Made by a program: the position numbers and the translations under genes. Below the pieces are notes generated by a model. It made no database searches. It was not told where the DNA came from and saw only the letters and a list, made by a program, of their open reading frames with translations. A stretch of DNA of 64,000 bases from Cyanobacteria bacterium P01_D01_bin.156 (GTDB lineage: Bacteria > Cyanobacteriota > Cyanobacteriia > Phormidesmidales > Phormidesmidaceae), in assembly GCA_039024555.1 (NCBI GenBank), contig JBCCQQ010000001.1, positions 32,001 to 96,000 of the forward strand, read 5' to 3'. Each line of letters starts with the position of its first letter. The stretch's first letter is position 1. Shown piece after piece: positions 47,324-57,435 of the stretch.

Positions 47324-48415
47324 ATGAGTTCCATCCCATATCAAGCACCCTGGCCATTGAATCATGGCTTACTGATGACGATTCATACGGGGTTATGGGC
47401 TGGCAAAAACTGGCAGGCTACCCTCAACGAACCTGAACCCACCTATCAAGAGACGATTTTTACCGGTGCTCAGGGTATACCCATCTTCGGCCTCGTTGCC
47501 ATACCCCCCAATCCAAAAGGAACAATTATTGGCACCTACGGCATCACGGGCGACCTAGAAAATCAGTGGTTTCTGCGCATTATGGGTCGCAAAGCCTATG
47601 CCCAAGGCTATGCGGTCGTTCTTTACGATTGGCGTGCCCATGGAAAAACAGCCCAGCTATCTCCCACGCTAACGTCCGATGGCCTTTACGAAGGGGAGGA
47701 CTTTGTCAGAATTGCAGCGGCAGCCAAAGCGATGGGTTGTCCAGCGTCCTTTTGGTTTACGGCATTTTCGCTGGGAGGGCTACTGGCTCTATGGGGTGTC
47801 AACGCCGCCCAGGACTTACCTGCATGGGGTCCCAATCTGGACCTGACACCAGATGACATTGGTGGTTGTGCCGTTATTTGTCCAGCATTGGAATCGTTGC
47901 GATCGCTCCAATATTTAGTCAAGGCCCCCATCGGCAAATATCTAGAAAAATCCATCACTCGCAAGCTCAAGCTGCTGCTCCACGATCTACAGGAGGCCCA
48001 TCCTGGTGAATTTGATCCGGCGGCGGCTGCACGGGTACACAGCATTTGGAGCTTTGACCACGAAATGGTGATCGGTCGTTTGGGTTTCCAATCAGTAGCA
48101 GACTACTACCGGGCTACCAGCGGATTGTACCTATTGCCAGCGCTCAAAAAGCCCACCCTAATTCTCTATGCCGCTGACGATCCGCTGTTTGACCCCACAC
48201 TGGTACCGGATATTCAAGAACAGTGCGCAGCAAATCCGGCCATTGATTTGATCATGACAGCCCAGGGTGGCCATGTGGGCTACATTAGCAGCGCCGCTTG
48301 CCAACAAACAATTCAAGATCCTGACTGCTGGTGGGCTTGGAACCGTGTTCTAGATTGGTGTAATGCTCAGACGGCAAGCACTCAGCCTATGTCTCTGGCT
48401 GTGGACAGGGTTTAA
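47324..48415 (+). CDS. YheT-family alpha/beta hydrolase
   Basis: AFSLGG nucleophile elbow, YAADDP, GGHVGY. Confidence 0.85.
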   Translation: MSSIPYQAPWPLNHGLLMTIHTGLWAGKNWQATLNEPEPTYQETIFTGAQGIPIFGLVAIPPNPKGTIIGTYGITGDLENQWFLRIMGRKAYAQGYAVVLYDWRAHGKTAQLSPTLTSDGLYEGEDFVRIAAAAKAMGCPASFWFTAFSLGGLLALWGVNAAQDLPAWGPNLDLTPDDIGGCAVICPALESLRSLQYLVKAPIGKYLEKSITRKLKLLLHDLQEAHPGEFDPAAAARVHSIWSFDHEMVIGRLGFQSVADYYRATSGLYLLPALKKPTLILYAADDPLFDPTLVPDIQEQCAANPAIDLIMTAQGGHVGYISSAACQQTIQDPDCWWAWNRVLDWCNAQTASTQPMSLAVDRV

Positions 48416-48451
48416 GCCTAGACTGGAGGAGCTTTGGGGATTGGGATTAAA

Positions 48452-48520
48452 TTCGGAAGTCGGAATTTTGAAGTCGGAATTTTCACCCTTTCAGAATTGC
48501 GAACTCCGAATTCCAAATCC
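48452..48520. repeat. Heptamer-based (STRR-like) intergenic inverted repeat
   Basis: TTCGGAAGTCGGAATTTTGAAGTCGGAATT ... AATTGCGAACTCCGAATTCCAAAT. Confidence 0.55.
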
Positions 48521-48576
48521 TAGATGCCTCAAAAAATCATCCTGCTTTGTGTTGATATCCAGCGTCCTGGCTATCT

Positions 48577-49710
48577 ATGTTTCTTCAATCTCTACACCTC
48601 AAACAGTTTCGAAACTACGGTGACCAGGCCGTTGAATTTTTGGCACCCAAAACTATACTCCTGGGGGAAAATGCCCAGGGTAAATCGAACCTGCTAGAAG
48701 CGGTAGAACTGCTGGCTACGCTCAAGTCCCACCGCACAAGTCGCGATCGCGACCTAGTTCAAAATGATGAAAACATTGCCCAAGTCCAGGCTAGCCTAAA
48801 ACGAGAGCTAGGCGTTGCCGCACTCCAACTCACCCTGCGACGGGGGAGTCGCCGTACAGCGATTATTAATGGGGAAACCCTCAAACGCCAACAGGATTTT
48901 CTCGGTCATCTCAATGCCGTACAGTTCTCCTGCCTAGACTTAGACCTCGTACGCGGTGGCCCCGGCATTCGCCGCACCTGGACCGATACTTTGCTGATGC
49001 AGCTAGAACCGATTTATGTGCATATTCTGCAGCAGTATAACCAGGTACTAAAACAGCGAAATGCCCTGTTCAAACACCACGCAAAACAACACTCAGCTGA
49101 GGAACAGCTGCCGCCCCTAGATCCCACACAGCTTGCCCTCTGGGATGCCCAGCTGGCCACCCTGGGGACTAGGGTCATTCGTCGCCGGTCCAGAATGCTG
49201 CAGCGGTTGATTCCCATCGCCCAAGCCTGGCACCAGTCCATTAGCGGCAGCACCGAACAGCTAACCATTCACTACAGTCCCAATGTCGATTTGGACAGCG
49301 ATAATCCTGTTGAAATTCAGCAGGCATTTCTGGATCAACTCAAGTCTCGCACCATGGCAGAACACTATCAGCGAACAACATTGGTAGGCCCCCACCGCGA
49401 TGACATCCAGTTTTTTATTAACGAAACACCCGCAAGACAATATGGCTCCCAAGGGCAACAGCGCACCCTAGTGTTAGCCCTAAAACTATCAGAACTCCAG
49501 TTAATAGAAGAAGTGGTGGGAGAGCCCCCACTCCTATTGTTAGACGATGTTTTAGCAGAGCTAGATCTCAATCGTCAAAATCAGCTACTAGAGACTATTC
49601 AAGACCGATTTCAAACGCTCATTACCACTACCCATTTAGGCTCATTTGATGCCCAATGGCTCAAATCTTCTCAGATTTTACGGGTTAGCCAAGGTCATTT
49701 ATCGCAGTAG
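48577..49710 (+). CDS. recF: DNA replication/repair protein RecF
   Basis: [41 protein letters not shown]. Confidence 0.97.
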   Translation: MFLQSLHLKQFRNYGDQAVEFLAPKTILLGENAQGKSNLLEAVELLATLKSHRTSRDRDLVQNDENIAQVQASLKRELGVAALQLTLRRGSRRTAIINGETLKRQQDFLGHLNAVQFSCLDLDLVRGGPGIRRTWTDTLLMQLEPIYVHILQQYNQVLKQRNALFKHHAKQHSAEEQLPPLDPTQLALWDAQLATLGTRVIRRRSRMLQRLIPIAQAWHQSISGSTEQLTIHYSPNVDLDSDNPVEIQQAFLDQLKSRTMAEHYQRTTLVGPHRDDIQFFINETPARQYGSQGQQRTLVLALKLSELQLIEEVVGEPPLLLLDDVLAELDLNRQNQLLETIQDRFQTLITTTHLGSFDAQWLKSSQILRVSQGHLSQ

Positions 49711-49722
49711 TAAGAGAGTTTT

Positions 49723-51006
49723 TTAACTAACTGTCTTGATAGCCGCTGCCAGCTTCTGTAATGCTTCATCGATCTCAGCAGCCGTAATTATCAGGGGAGG
49801 CACAAACCGGACAACATTAGGTCCTGCAGGCACCAATAACAGCTTTTCTGCAATGGCGGCTTTGACAATATCAATGGATTTAATCGGTGCATCGGCATTG
49901 AGCACTAGACCATTGATCAAGCCCCAGCCCCGTGCCTGTTCAAACAGATTAGGATAAGCGTCTACTAACTTCAAAAGCCCCTGACGCAGCTGTTGTCCTC
50001 GGGCGCTGGCATTCGCTATCAGTTTTTGCGATTCAACCGTCTGGCAAACAGCAAGAGCAACACCACACACAAAGGGATTACCGCCATAGGTGCTGGCATG
50101 GTCACCGGGCTGCAATACATCGCAGCTGGACTTACATAGCATGGCGCCAATGGGCACGCCACCGCCTAGGCCCTTAGCCACGGTAAAGACATCGGGTTCA
50201 ATGCCAAGATTTTCATAGCCCCAGAGTTTACCGGTACGGCCTACACCCACCTGCACTTCGTCCATGATCAACAAAATCTTATGCTGGTCGCACAGCTGTC
50301 GCACCCGCTGAAAGTATTGAGCATTGCCAGGGTTTACACCGCCTTCTCCCTGTAGGGCTTCGAGCAAAATACCGGCGACACGGGGGCCATTAGCATTTAA
50401 GGATGCGATCGCACTTTCTAAAGCGTCGCCATCGTTAAAGGGTACGTAATGAAATCCAGGAACCAACGGGGCAAAGTTCTTTTGATATTTAGGCTGTCCT
50501 GTAGCCGTGATAGTAGCCAGGGTGCGTCCATGGAAGCTGGCATTGGCCGTGATAATAACTGGCTCTTCAATACCTAGCCGAGTGTGGCCATACTTACGAG
50601 CCAGTTTGATCGCCCCTTCATTCGCCTCCGCTCCAGAATTACAAAAGAAAACCCGGTCAGTACAGGAATGCTCCGTCAACCATTGAGCCAATGCCCCCTG
50701 CTCTGGGATGTAATACAGGTTTGAGACATGATGAAGCTGCTGCATTTGGTGCGTTACCGCTTCGACCATCACTGGATTGGCATGGCCTAGGGTGCAGGTG
50801 GCAATTCCCGCCACCATATCGAGGTACTCATTACCCTGGTCATCCCACACACGACAGCCCGCACCGCGTGTCAAGGTCAAGGGAAATCGCCCGTATGTGG
50901 TCATCACATGGCGGTCAAAAACCTCTGGCTGAAAGCTCTGGGAGGATTTTGATCCATTACTAAAAACCTGAAGTGGATTTTTAACAAGCTGTTTGAGACT
51001 GACCAC
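49723..51006 (-). CDS. argD: Acetylornithine aminotransferase
   Basis: NSGAEANEGAIKLARK, FHGRT, DEVQVGVGRTG, AKGLGGG, HASTYGGNP. Confidence 0.93.
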   Translation of the reverse strand: MVSLKQLVKNPLQVFSNGSKSSQSFQPEVFDRHVMTTYGRFPLTLTRGAGCRVWDDQGNEYLDMVAGIATCTLGHANPVMVEAVTHQMQQLHHVSNLYYIPEQGALAQWLTEHSCTDRVFFCNSGAEANEGAIKLARKYGHTRLGIEEPVIITANASFHGRTLATITATGQPKYQKNFAPLVPGFHYVPFNDGDALESAIASLNANGPRVAGILLEALQGEGGVNPGNAQYFQRVRQLCDQHKILLIMDEVQVGVGRTGKLWGYENLGIEPDVFTVAKGLGGGVPIGAMLCKSSCDVLQPGDHASTYGGNPFVCGVALAVCQTVESQKLIANASARGQQLRQGLLKLVDAYPNLFEQARGWGLINGLVLNADAPIKSIDIVKAAIAEKLLLVPAGPNVVRFVPPLIITAAEIDEALQKLAAAIKTVS

Positions 51007-51229
51007 GGGCTGACCTCTAGAGGAGAAAAAGGACGGTAGGGTTTGTGCCGCTGCTGATGTAAGGGATAAAACAAGCCGCAGAACTTGGCGAGGTTCAGCA
51101 TTGGAGAACCAACGTTATCCCAAAGATTAGCAACGGTAGAATTTTTAATTCCCTAAAAGATTGTAGAAAATTGCTGGCGTTTTAACCGCTAAATCATTCG
51201 ATAGGTATTATCAAACTGAGCAATGTAAG

Positions 51230-53506
51230 CTATCTTCCGGCCCGGCGCAATTCACGCAGTTCGGACTGAACACCCTCTATATTCACGGTTTCACCACCGT
51301 AGCGCCAACGGACATAGCGATCAATCATTTGACCCACCAAATTACCCTGGGTAAAGTCGCTGCGCTGTTGTAATTCTGCTGCATACTCCAGCGGTGTTTG
51401 GCTAGGCCGTTTACTAAATCCTTGTCGCTCTAAGATATGCAACATTTGTCGATAACCTTTCTCAACCGGTGCCAACCGAGCCAGCGTTAGCTGACGCTGC
51501 CATCGTCGCCAGCCTTGCCAACCAAGCCATCCTAGAAAGCTGACACCAGTTAAACCAGCAATTCCCCACAGCAGACTTAACCAGCCTTGACCACCCAACC
51601 GAGAAATCAATCGCAGCAGGGTACCAATCCCCCCCATTAATATCTGAAAGCCTCGTTGGATGAGCTGGGTAACAGGCGGTGGTAGAGTCCCTGCCAGTAA
51701 ATCCCATAGTTGACGCAACACACTAAAGGGGTTAAATCCATTGTCTTCTGGAGAGAACAACAGACTGTTGGGAATCGGATTAAAGTAAAACCAACCTTGG
51801 CCTGGGAAATAGACCTCGGTCTGGGCGTAGGCATCGGTGTTGCGAACAATATAAAACCCGGTAAAGGGGTTAAACTGCCCTGGACCAAAACCAGTAGCTA
51901 ATCTAGCGGGAATACCAATGGAACGGAGCATCACAGTTAGCACGGTGGCAAACTGGTCGCGGCTGCCGCCTTGATAGTCAAACAAAAAGGCACTGACCAG
52001 ATCTTCACCTTCTTCAAAGTAGGGTAGCTCTGCATCAATGGTGTAGTTTTCTCGCAGAACCTGGGCTAGAAACGTCGCTTTTTCGTAGGGTGTGGTGAGC
52101 GGTTCCTCAGAGGTGGCTAGCCAGCGCTCTGTTTCGGTGCGAATGCGATCGCCAATAGCGTCGGGGAGCTGTAAATAGTATTGACTAATATACTTGCCAT
52201 AGTCAGTTCCACTCTGATTAAGACGCTCCGGAATCCGCAGAGGCACCCGCGATACCACCGTATAGGTCAAACCCTCCGGTAACAAACCTGATGGCCGTAG
52301 CGTCCCTTCAGGATCCATGGCCAAATTTTCGGCTGGAAAATAAACCGATTCTGGAGAATACAGGACCGGTACTAGGTTCTGAAAGTCCTGCACCATAGTG
52401 TAAGTTTGCACGACTTCTTCGGCTGGCCCAATGGGCTGAGGGGTAATGGGTAAAAAACGATAGGACAGGGGGGAACGGCGTAAATCCACCAATTCATTAG
52501 AACGTGAGGCTTCCCAACCCTGCCCCGTATACTGGTTAAAGGCCATGACTCGCCAGAAACCAGCCCGTTGAGACCGGACTCGCATAATCACCTGGGGCTC
52601 CAGCTCTCCCTTTAGGTTTTGATTAATGCGACGATTAAAACCATAGTAAAAGTCAGGGCTCATTCGGCCAGGTCCCGTTTCAGGGCTGCCTCCAGCATTC
52701 GAATTATTGCCATCACCGTCGTCAGACGCTGGATTATTACCGCGGCTAACATAACCAGGGTTAAAAATTTGCCGACTAGAGGCATCGCCCGTCACATCGA
52801 TACTTCCACTCACTGGAAACGTTTGGAGCTGATACCCCGGAACCCTAGGCATGGCCGTGAATATCACCATCCCTAGGGTTAGGACAATAGCAATAATGCC
52901 CGCCAACTGTTTTAAGGGGACTCCAATAGCACCTCGTTTCCAGTCCAGCAGTCCCAACCTTGAGCGATAGTCCAGCACTAACACTGGTAGCGCTATAAGA
53001 AAAAATAAAAGCAAAAATGGCCCAAACCAAAGTGTTTGGCTAATGGTGGCAGCCACACCAATCAGCACCAGACCAATCATCATCGAATACCCCAAATCCT
53101 TGCGTCGGGGTAAGTCAAAACTATGGAGTACCTGTAGATGAATTAACAGCTCTGCTAAAACAATACGAGTATCCCCGGGCACACGTAGCATCTGGCCTAA
53201 AAAAAACGCCAGGGCAATTAACATACCCAAGGCGATCAAAAACTTAGCTGCAATATTACGGCGACGGCGGCTGCGCCAGCTCCAGTAGGCTCCAGCCATA
53301 CTCAGAGGAATCGCCAGCAGATTCCAAATAGAGGTATCAGTCACCCCAGCGGCGGCTACGCTCAAACTGCAGATACCAATGGTCACCAGGCACTGTACCA
53401 GTCCTCTCAGGGCCATGGAATCTTCAGGCACTGATGGCGGCTGGGCTGAAAGCCGTTGCCGCCATCGTGAGGTCAAATCACCGACCAAAGTATTAGAGCG
53501 AAACAT
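51230..53506 (-). CDS. TgpA-like membrane transglutaminase-family protein (DUF3488/Transglut/DUF4129)
   Basis: N-terminal TM bundle, LRSIGIPARLATGF, AYAQTEVYFPGQGW, SQTPLEYA...RYG. Confidence 0.85.
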   Translation of the reverse strand: MFRSNTLVGDLTSRWRQRLSAQPPSVPEDSMALRGLVQCLVTIGICSLSVAAAGVTDTSIWNLLAIPLSMAGAYWSWRSRRRRNIAAKFLIALGMLIALAFFLGQMLRVPGDTRIVLAELLIHLQVLHSFDLPRRKDLGYSMMIGLVLIGVAATISQTLWFGPFLLLFFLIALPVLVLDYRSRLGLLDWKRGAIGVPLKQLAGIIAIVLTLGMVIFTAMPRVPGYQLQTFPVSGSIDVTGDASSRQIFNPGYVSRGNNPASDDGDGNNSNAGGSPETGPGRMSPDFYYGFNRRINQNLKGELEPQVIMRVRSQRAGFWRVMAFNQYTGQGWEASRSNELVDLRRSPLSYRFLPITPQPIGPAEEVVQTYTMVQDFQNLVPVLYSPESVYFPAENLAMDPEGTLRPSGLLPEGLTYTVVSRVPLRIPERLNQSGTDYGKYISQYYLQLPDAIGDRIRTETERWLATSEEPLTTPYEKATFLAQVLRENYTIDAELPYFEEGEDLVSAFLFDYQGGSRDQFATVLTVMLRSIGIPARLATGFGPGQFNPFTGFYIVRNTDAYAQTEVYFPGQGWFYFNPIPNSLLFSPEDNGFNPFSVLRQLWDLLAGTLPPPVTQLIQRGFQILMGGIGTLLRLISRLGGQGWLSLLWGIAGLTGVSFLGWLGWQGWRRWQRQLTLARLAPVEKGYRQMLHILERQGFSKRPSQTPLEYAAELQQRSDFTQGNLVGQMIDRYVRWRYGGETVNIEGVQSELRELRRAGR

Positions 53507-53559
53507 CCCAGGAACCCTACCAGGTAGATACAGACAAACGTATGCCTATCCTAGCGGGC

Positions 53560-54555
53560 CTAACTGGCAGATGGTTCTAATACCATTACGGAAAATCGTA
53601 GGGGACGCTGGCAATCATTATCTAATGACACCTCTAGCGAATAAGACGAACCTACAACTGGAGCCGTTTGGGCCAGAGTTAAGATACCGGCCTCAGGTCG
53701 AGAGGCCTGACTATCCACATCCGGACCCACCAGTTGAATGCCGCCCCCCATGGGCAACATGGCATTGATGATTAAAACTGCACCTGTATAATTCACATCT
53801 ACGTGAATTACGCCTTCCGGGGTGACCCAGTCGCGCTTCAGGCTTGGTTCCTCAGTGGATACTGTCAACGCTAAGGCTGACATAATTTCCATGGACGCCA
53901 GCATAGTTAACGCAATCTGCTGTTCTGGCGTCGCTTGGTCATAGCCATCTGCAAGATTCTCAACTTCCTGCAGCGCGGCCTCCTTGAAGCCGGTATCTCG
54001 ATAAGCAGGCGTTAAGACAATATTGGCAATGGGATCCAAGACATCCAAGGATTCTGGAAACAGAGATTCTGCAATCTGCACCAGCTTAACGCCCTGCTTC
54101 TGGGTAGACTGAGCCATACTCTGGCAACGGTCTAGTAAATGATGCAGAACAGTCTGGGGCAGCTTACTGGAAATACTAAAGTGGAGTGGATTTTCAATCC
54201 ACATCCGACTCATGGGTTGAGCATACGCAGGGATTTCAGCTGGATACTCGCGCACCTCAGCCTCCCACGGGAATAATGGAGGACGATTTGCAAATTCCGT
54301 TTGGAAACGGTGCTTTAAAAGTGTGTGGAAACGATCTTGCACAGTGGTTTTATCTCCGAAGTGAAACGACTGACCCGTTTCAAATAAAGTGTCAAATGAT
54401 ACAGCGTCAGATCCGACTTCAGATGCACAGACTGCTGATGGATTGGATTCTGTCAAAGAGGTAGACTTCTTCCCTGATTTTGGGGACGCCGAGCGGTCAT
54501 CAAAAGTTAAGAACTCTAGCAATAAGCGTTTCAAATTTTCTGACTCACTATTCAT
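53560..54555 (-). CDS. patU: PatU-like protein
   Basis: VQDRFHTLLKHRFQTE...PPLFPWE motif; directly downstream of hetZ. Confidence 0.8.
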   Translation of the reverse strand: MNSESENLKRLLLEFLTFDDRSASPKSGKKSTSLTESNPSAVCASEVGSDAVSFDTLFETGQSFHFGDKTTVQDRFHTLLKHRFQTEFANRPPLFPWEAEVREYPAEIPAYAQPMSRMWIENPLHFSISSKLPQTVLHHLLDRCQSMAQSTQKQGVKLVQIAESLFPESLDVLDPIANIVLTPAYRDTGFKEAALQEVENLADGYDQATPEQQIALTMLASMEIMSALALTVSTEEPSLKRDWVTPEGVIHVDVNYTGAVLIINAMLPMGGGIQLVGPDVDSQASRPEAGILTLAQTAPVVGSSYSLEVSLDNDCQRPLRFSVMVLEPSAS

Positions 54556-54647
54556 GGTGAAATGTCCCTGATCCGGATGATAAAACCGACGGTGTAAAAA
54601 ATTTAGCTCGACCCGATACCCACAAGTACGACCTATAAATTAAGGAA

Positions 54648-55844
54648 TTACCCCACTGATAGATTACGCAATTCCCAGGCTTGTTCAAGTAATTTAGACC
54701 AATGCTTTCTAATTTGAGTCAAACTCAGGCCAAGGGTTTGAGAGATATCTGTATCAGACAGACCTTGCTGCTTTAACTGCAGCAGCTTAGTTTGACTTTG
54801 GTCCATTTTTTCTTTTAGGTGATCCCACTGTTGAGGCGTGAGTCCTAGATTTTTATCTAACTCAATACCGAGCCACTCATGAACGAGTTCCCAATGATGG
54901 GCGAGGGCAAATCTCAGTAAATGATATTTAAAGCGCTGTTGTAAGTAGTCTCGCTGACGCGATGTTAACCCCAGCAGTTCCTCAATTTCACTAGCAGGTA
55001 AGTCCTTGAGGCGCAGCGTAAAGTAGTCTGCACAGTCCTCTTGCTTTTTTTCTTTGAGATAGACCATCAGTTCATCCACCACTCGCTCCCGTAGGCTGTC
55101 TTCTGGAGGAATATCCGACTGCTGCAAAATTTCTTCCCGCAGTCGTTGTACCGGTGCATTTTTCCAAGCCTGATCGCTGTCATTGGCGGCCTCAGTCGCT
55201 TGTTCAATGTCTACGGTTGTTTCGGGAGGCTGCTGCTTAGAAAAGGTTTGGGCCCGCAAAATAATTAATTGCTGGCTCCGTCCCCCCCTTAAGGGAATGC
55301 GACGTTTCCCATAGCGTTCGGTAAACGCCATATATTCTGCTAGTTCTAATGCGGTACGTGGCTGAAAATTATCTACCATCTGATTTTCTCGACGAAACGC
55401 ATTGATAGCTTCACCGTAAAAATTTTGGAGAAAATCTTCAATTAGGGAAAGACGGGCTTGGTAACTGGTCTGGGCATGGGGAACCGAAATGTAGCGATAG
55501 ACAATAGCACTTAGGGTACTATGCAACTCGATTCTGCCCCGTTCAGAGCTAAGTTTGTAATAGCGAATGCACTGATCAACTCGATGATTAGCGAGGTTAA
55601 ATGCCCAACTTCTTACATCGCCAGAGTCCTGAATACGTTGACTCTCCGTACAAATACGTAGAGATTCACTACAGATGCGATCGGCAACGGCCTGGCAGCT
55701 TCTTTCAGAGGTCCTGGTTGCCTGCTTTAGTAACTGCAATACTTCCTTATTTAGAGCGTCTACCAGATTGGTGGATGTGTCCTCAAGCATTAGCAGCGTG
55801 GTCATTAGAGCTTGCGCGTCCCAGGCAATATATGACCTGAGCAT
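54648..55844 (-). CDS. hetZ: HetZ-like DNA-binding regulator
   Basis: ELHSTLSAIVYRYI, LAEYMAFTERYGKRRIPL, RQRDYLQQRFKYH motifs. Confidence 0.88.
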   Translation of the reverse strand: MLRSYIAWDAQALMTTLLMLEDTSTNLVDALNKEVLQLLKQATRTSERSCQAVADRICSESLRICTESQRIQDSGDVRSWAFNLANHRVDQCIRYYKLSSERGRIELHSTLSAIVYRYISVPHAQTSYQARLSLIEDFLQNFYGEAINAFRRENQMVDNFQPRTALELAEYMAFTERYGKRRIPLRGGRSQQLIILRAQTFSKQQPPETTVDIEQATEAANDSDQAWKNAPVQRLREEILQQSDIPPEDSLRERVVDELMVYLKEKKQEDCADYFTLRLKDLPASEIEELLGLTSRQRDYLQQRFKYHLLRFALAHHWELVHEWLGIELDKNLGLTPQQWDHLKEKMDQSQTKLLQLKQQGLSDTDISQTLGLSLTQIRKHWSKLLEQAWELRNLSVG

Positions 55845-55907
55845 AGACAGTTTTCCGTAGGTTCTAACAAAAGTCAGTAATTTTCACGAAACTATCAAAA
55901 AAGTCGA

Positions 55908-56369
55908 ATGGATATTGAACAACAAATTGCAATTTTAATTGAAGAAGCTCCGGATCAAACAACAGGGCAAGCGATCGCACTGGTAGCACCACTATTAAAA
56001 GAAGTTGCTGGGCAACTACCGGTACAAACCTACTATGTGGTCCAATCCCTGGGGCAGGGATGGGTCATGAGCACCCTACGAGGGCGACAGGATCCCAAGG
56101 CAACAAAAACGGTGATTTATGCCTATCCGTCTTTGGAAACAGCTGCCATGGGTGTGGCGGACAATCCGCAGATGATGGCACTGCCCCATCCTAGTACCCA
56201 TTTATTGTTTCAGCTTCTGTCGATGAAACAGGTGGACAGTCTGATTTTTATGCAGGAAAAGGGAAAAGGCCAAGGGGTGGAGGTGCCTAGAACCATGTTG
56301 GAGCAGGTGATGCGATCGCAGCTTCAACAGCTTAAAGACAACCAAGACGCCCCCACAGATATCGCATAG
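55908..56369 (+). CDS. Conserved cyanobacterial hypothetical protein
   Basis: Intact ORF divergent from hetZ; KTVIYAY, LLFQLL, DSLIF motifs. Confidence 0.75.
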   Translation: MDIEQQIAILIEEAPDQTTGQAIALVAPLLKEVAGQLPVQTYYVVQSLGQGWVMSTLRGRQDPKATKTVIYAYPSLETAAMGVADNPQMMALPHPSTHLLFQLLSMKQVDSLIFMQEKGKGQGVEVPRTMLEQVMRSQLQQLKDNQDAPTDIA

Positions 56370-56837
56370 CTAACTGCAGGCTTCCTGCGTCACCTTGTGG
56401 CGATACTCAAACATATCTTGCAATCGCTGCAACACAAACCAGCCAATCATCGGCTCGCTGGCCCATTCCACCGGCAGGGTAAAGGTAATATCATCCGTCA
56501 GTCGGGTATAGTCGCCCTCCGGCTCAAATCGGTGGCGGTGAGTCCAGGCGTCGAGGGGACCACTTTCTTGAATATCGGTGAATAGTCGATTGGGCTCATA
56601 TTCGTCGGTATGGCGAGCAATCCAGGTAATGGGAACAGGACCGAGCCATAAACGAAACTCACTAATAGCCCCTGGGCCAAGTCCACCCTCGCGACGGACC
56701 GCCTCAACCGGTTGCCACGGTGGTGTGAGCAATTTCAGAATTTCAGGCCTTTCGTGAAAGCGCCATACCGCTTCAGGAGAAGCAGAAATCAGACTGCTGT
56801 GTTGAAAATGGGTCATAACCTCAGGGGAGCTGTGCAC
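56370..56837 (-). CDS. SRPBCC/START-like protein
   Basis: VWRFHE...LTPPW, FTDIQESGP..W.HRHRF, F.YRH; the real start may be the ATG at 56816. Confidence 0.85.
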   Translation of the reverse strand: MHSSPEVMTHFQHSSLISASPEAVWRFHERPEILKLLTPPWQPVEAVRREGGLGPGAISEFRLWLGPVPITWIARHTDEYEPNRLFTDIQESGPLDAWTHRHRFEPEGDYTRLTDDITFTLPVEWASEPMIGWFVLQRLQDMFEYRHKVTQEACS

Positions 56838-56925
56838 AATGTGACATTTGTCATACCTCCATCATGACCTTTTCCTCAAGTTCTAGAATAAGTTTCGTCT
56901 ATTTCACGGTGTCATCATTAGTCAG

Positions 56926-57126
56926 ATGCTCTTGGCCGTTGCTCTGTTAAAGCCAGTTGCCCAACGGGTGGGCCAACGTGATGACTTTACGGTTGAAGAG
57001 ATGATGCAACATTTACAGCAGGCCTATCAGCGAGGGCGTCAATCTCAGCTAGATCCTGATCGTTGGCAACCAGAACAACTATGGAATCTGCCGTTAGACG
57101 AGGTAAAAGCCATGTTTCATGTCTAA
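56926..57126 (+). pseudogene. Short ORF, probable 3' fragment of a Coq4-like gene
   Basis: AYQRGRQS...EQLWNLPLDEVK resembles a Coq4 C-terminus; no N-terminal part seen. Confidence 0.35.
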
Positions 57127-57435
57127 AAATTCAGCTTAAGCATCGGGATTAGTGTCAAGGGCAAAACCTGCAGAGACCTAGTACCATATCGGCGAAAATT
57201 ATCGTTTTTAATAAAGGGCTCAATCGTCAGTGATGGCCGCCACAAAATTGTTAAGCTATTCTTGCGGCAAAAAACAAATTGAGCCCACCAAAAACAGAAG
57301 ACCTTCAGCAAGATGAACAAACGCTATGGACGAAAAAGCATTAACCATCTCATTCATAGCATCCAAAACAAATAAGCTGGAGCCAAAAATAAACAACCAG
57401 CAGCCCAAAGCCAGGCGATTTTTCATTTGCAAGCT

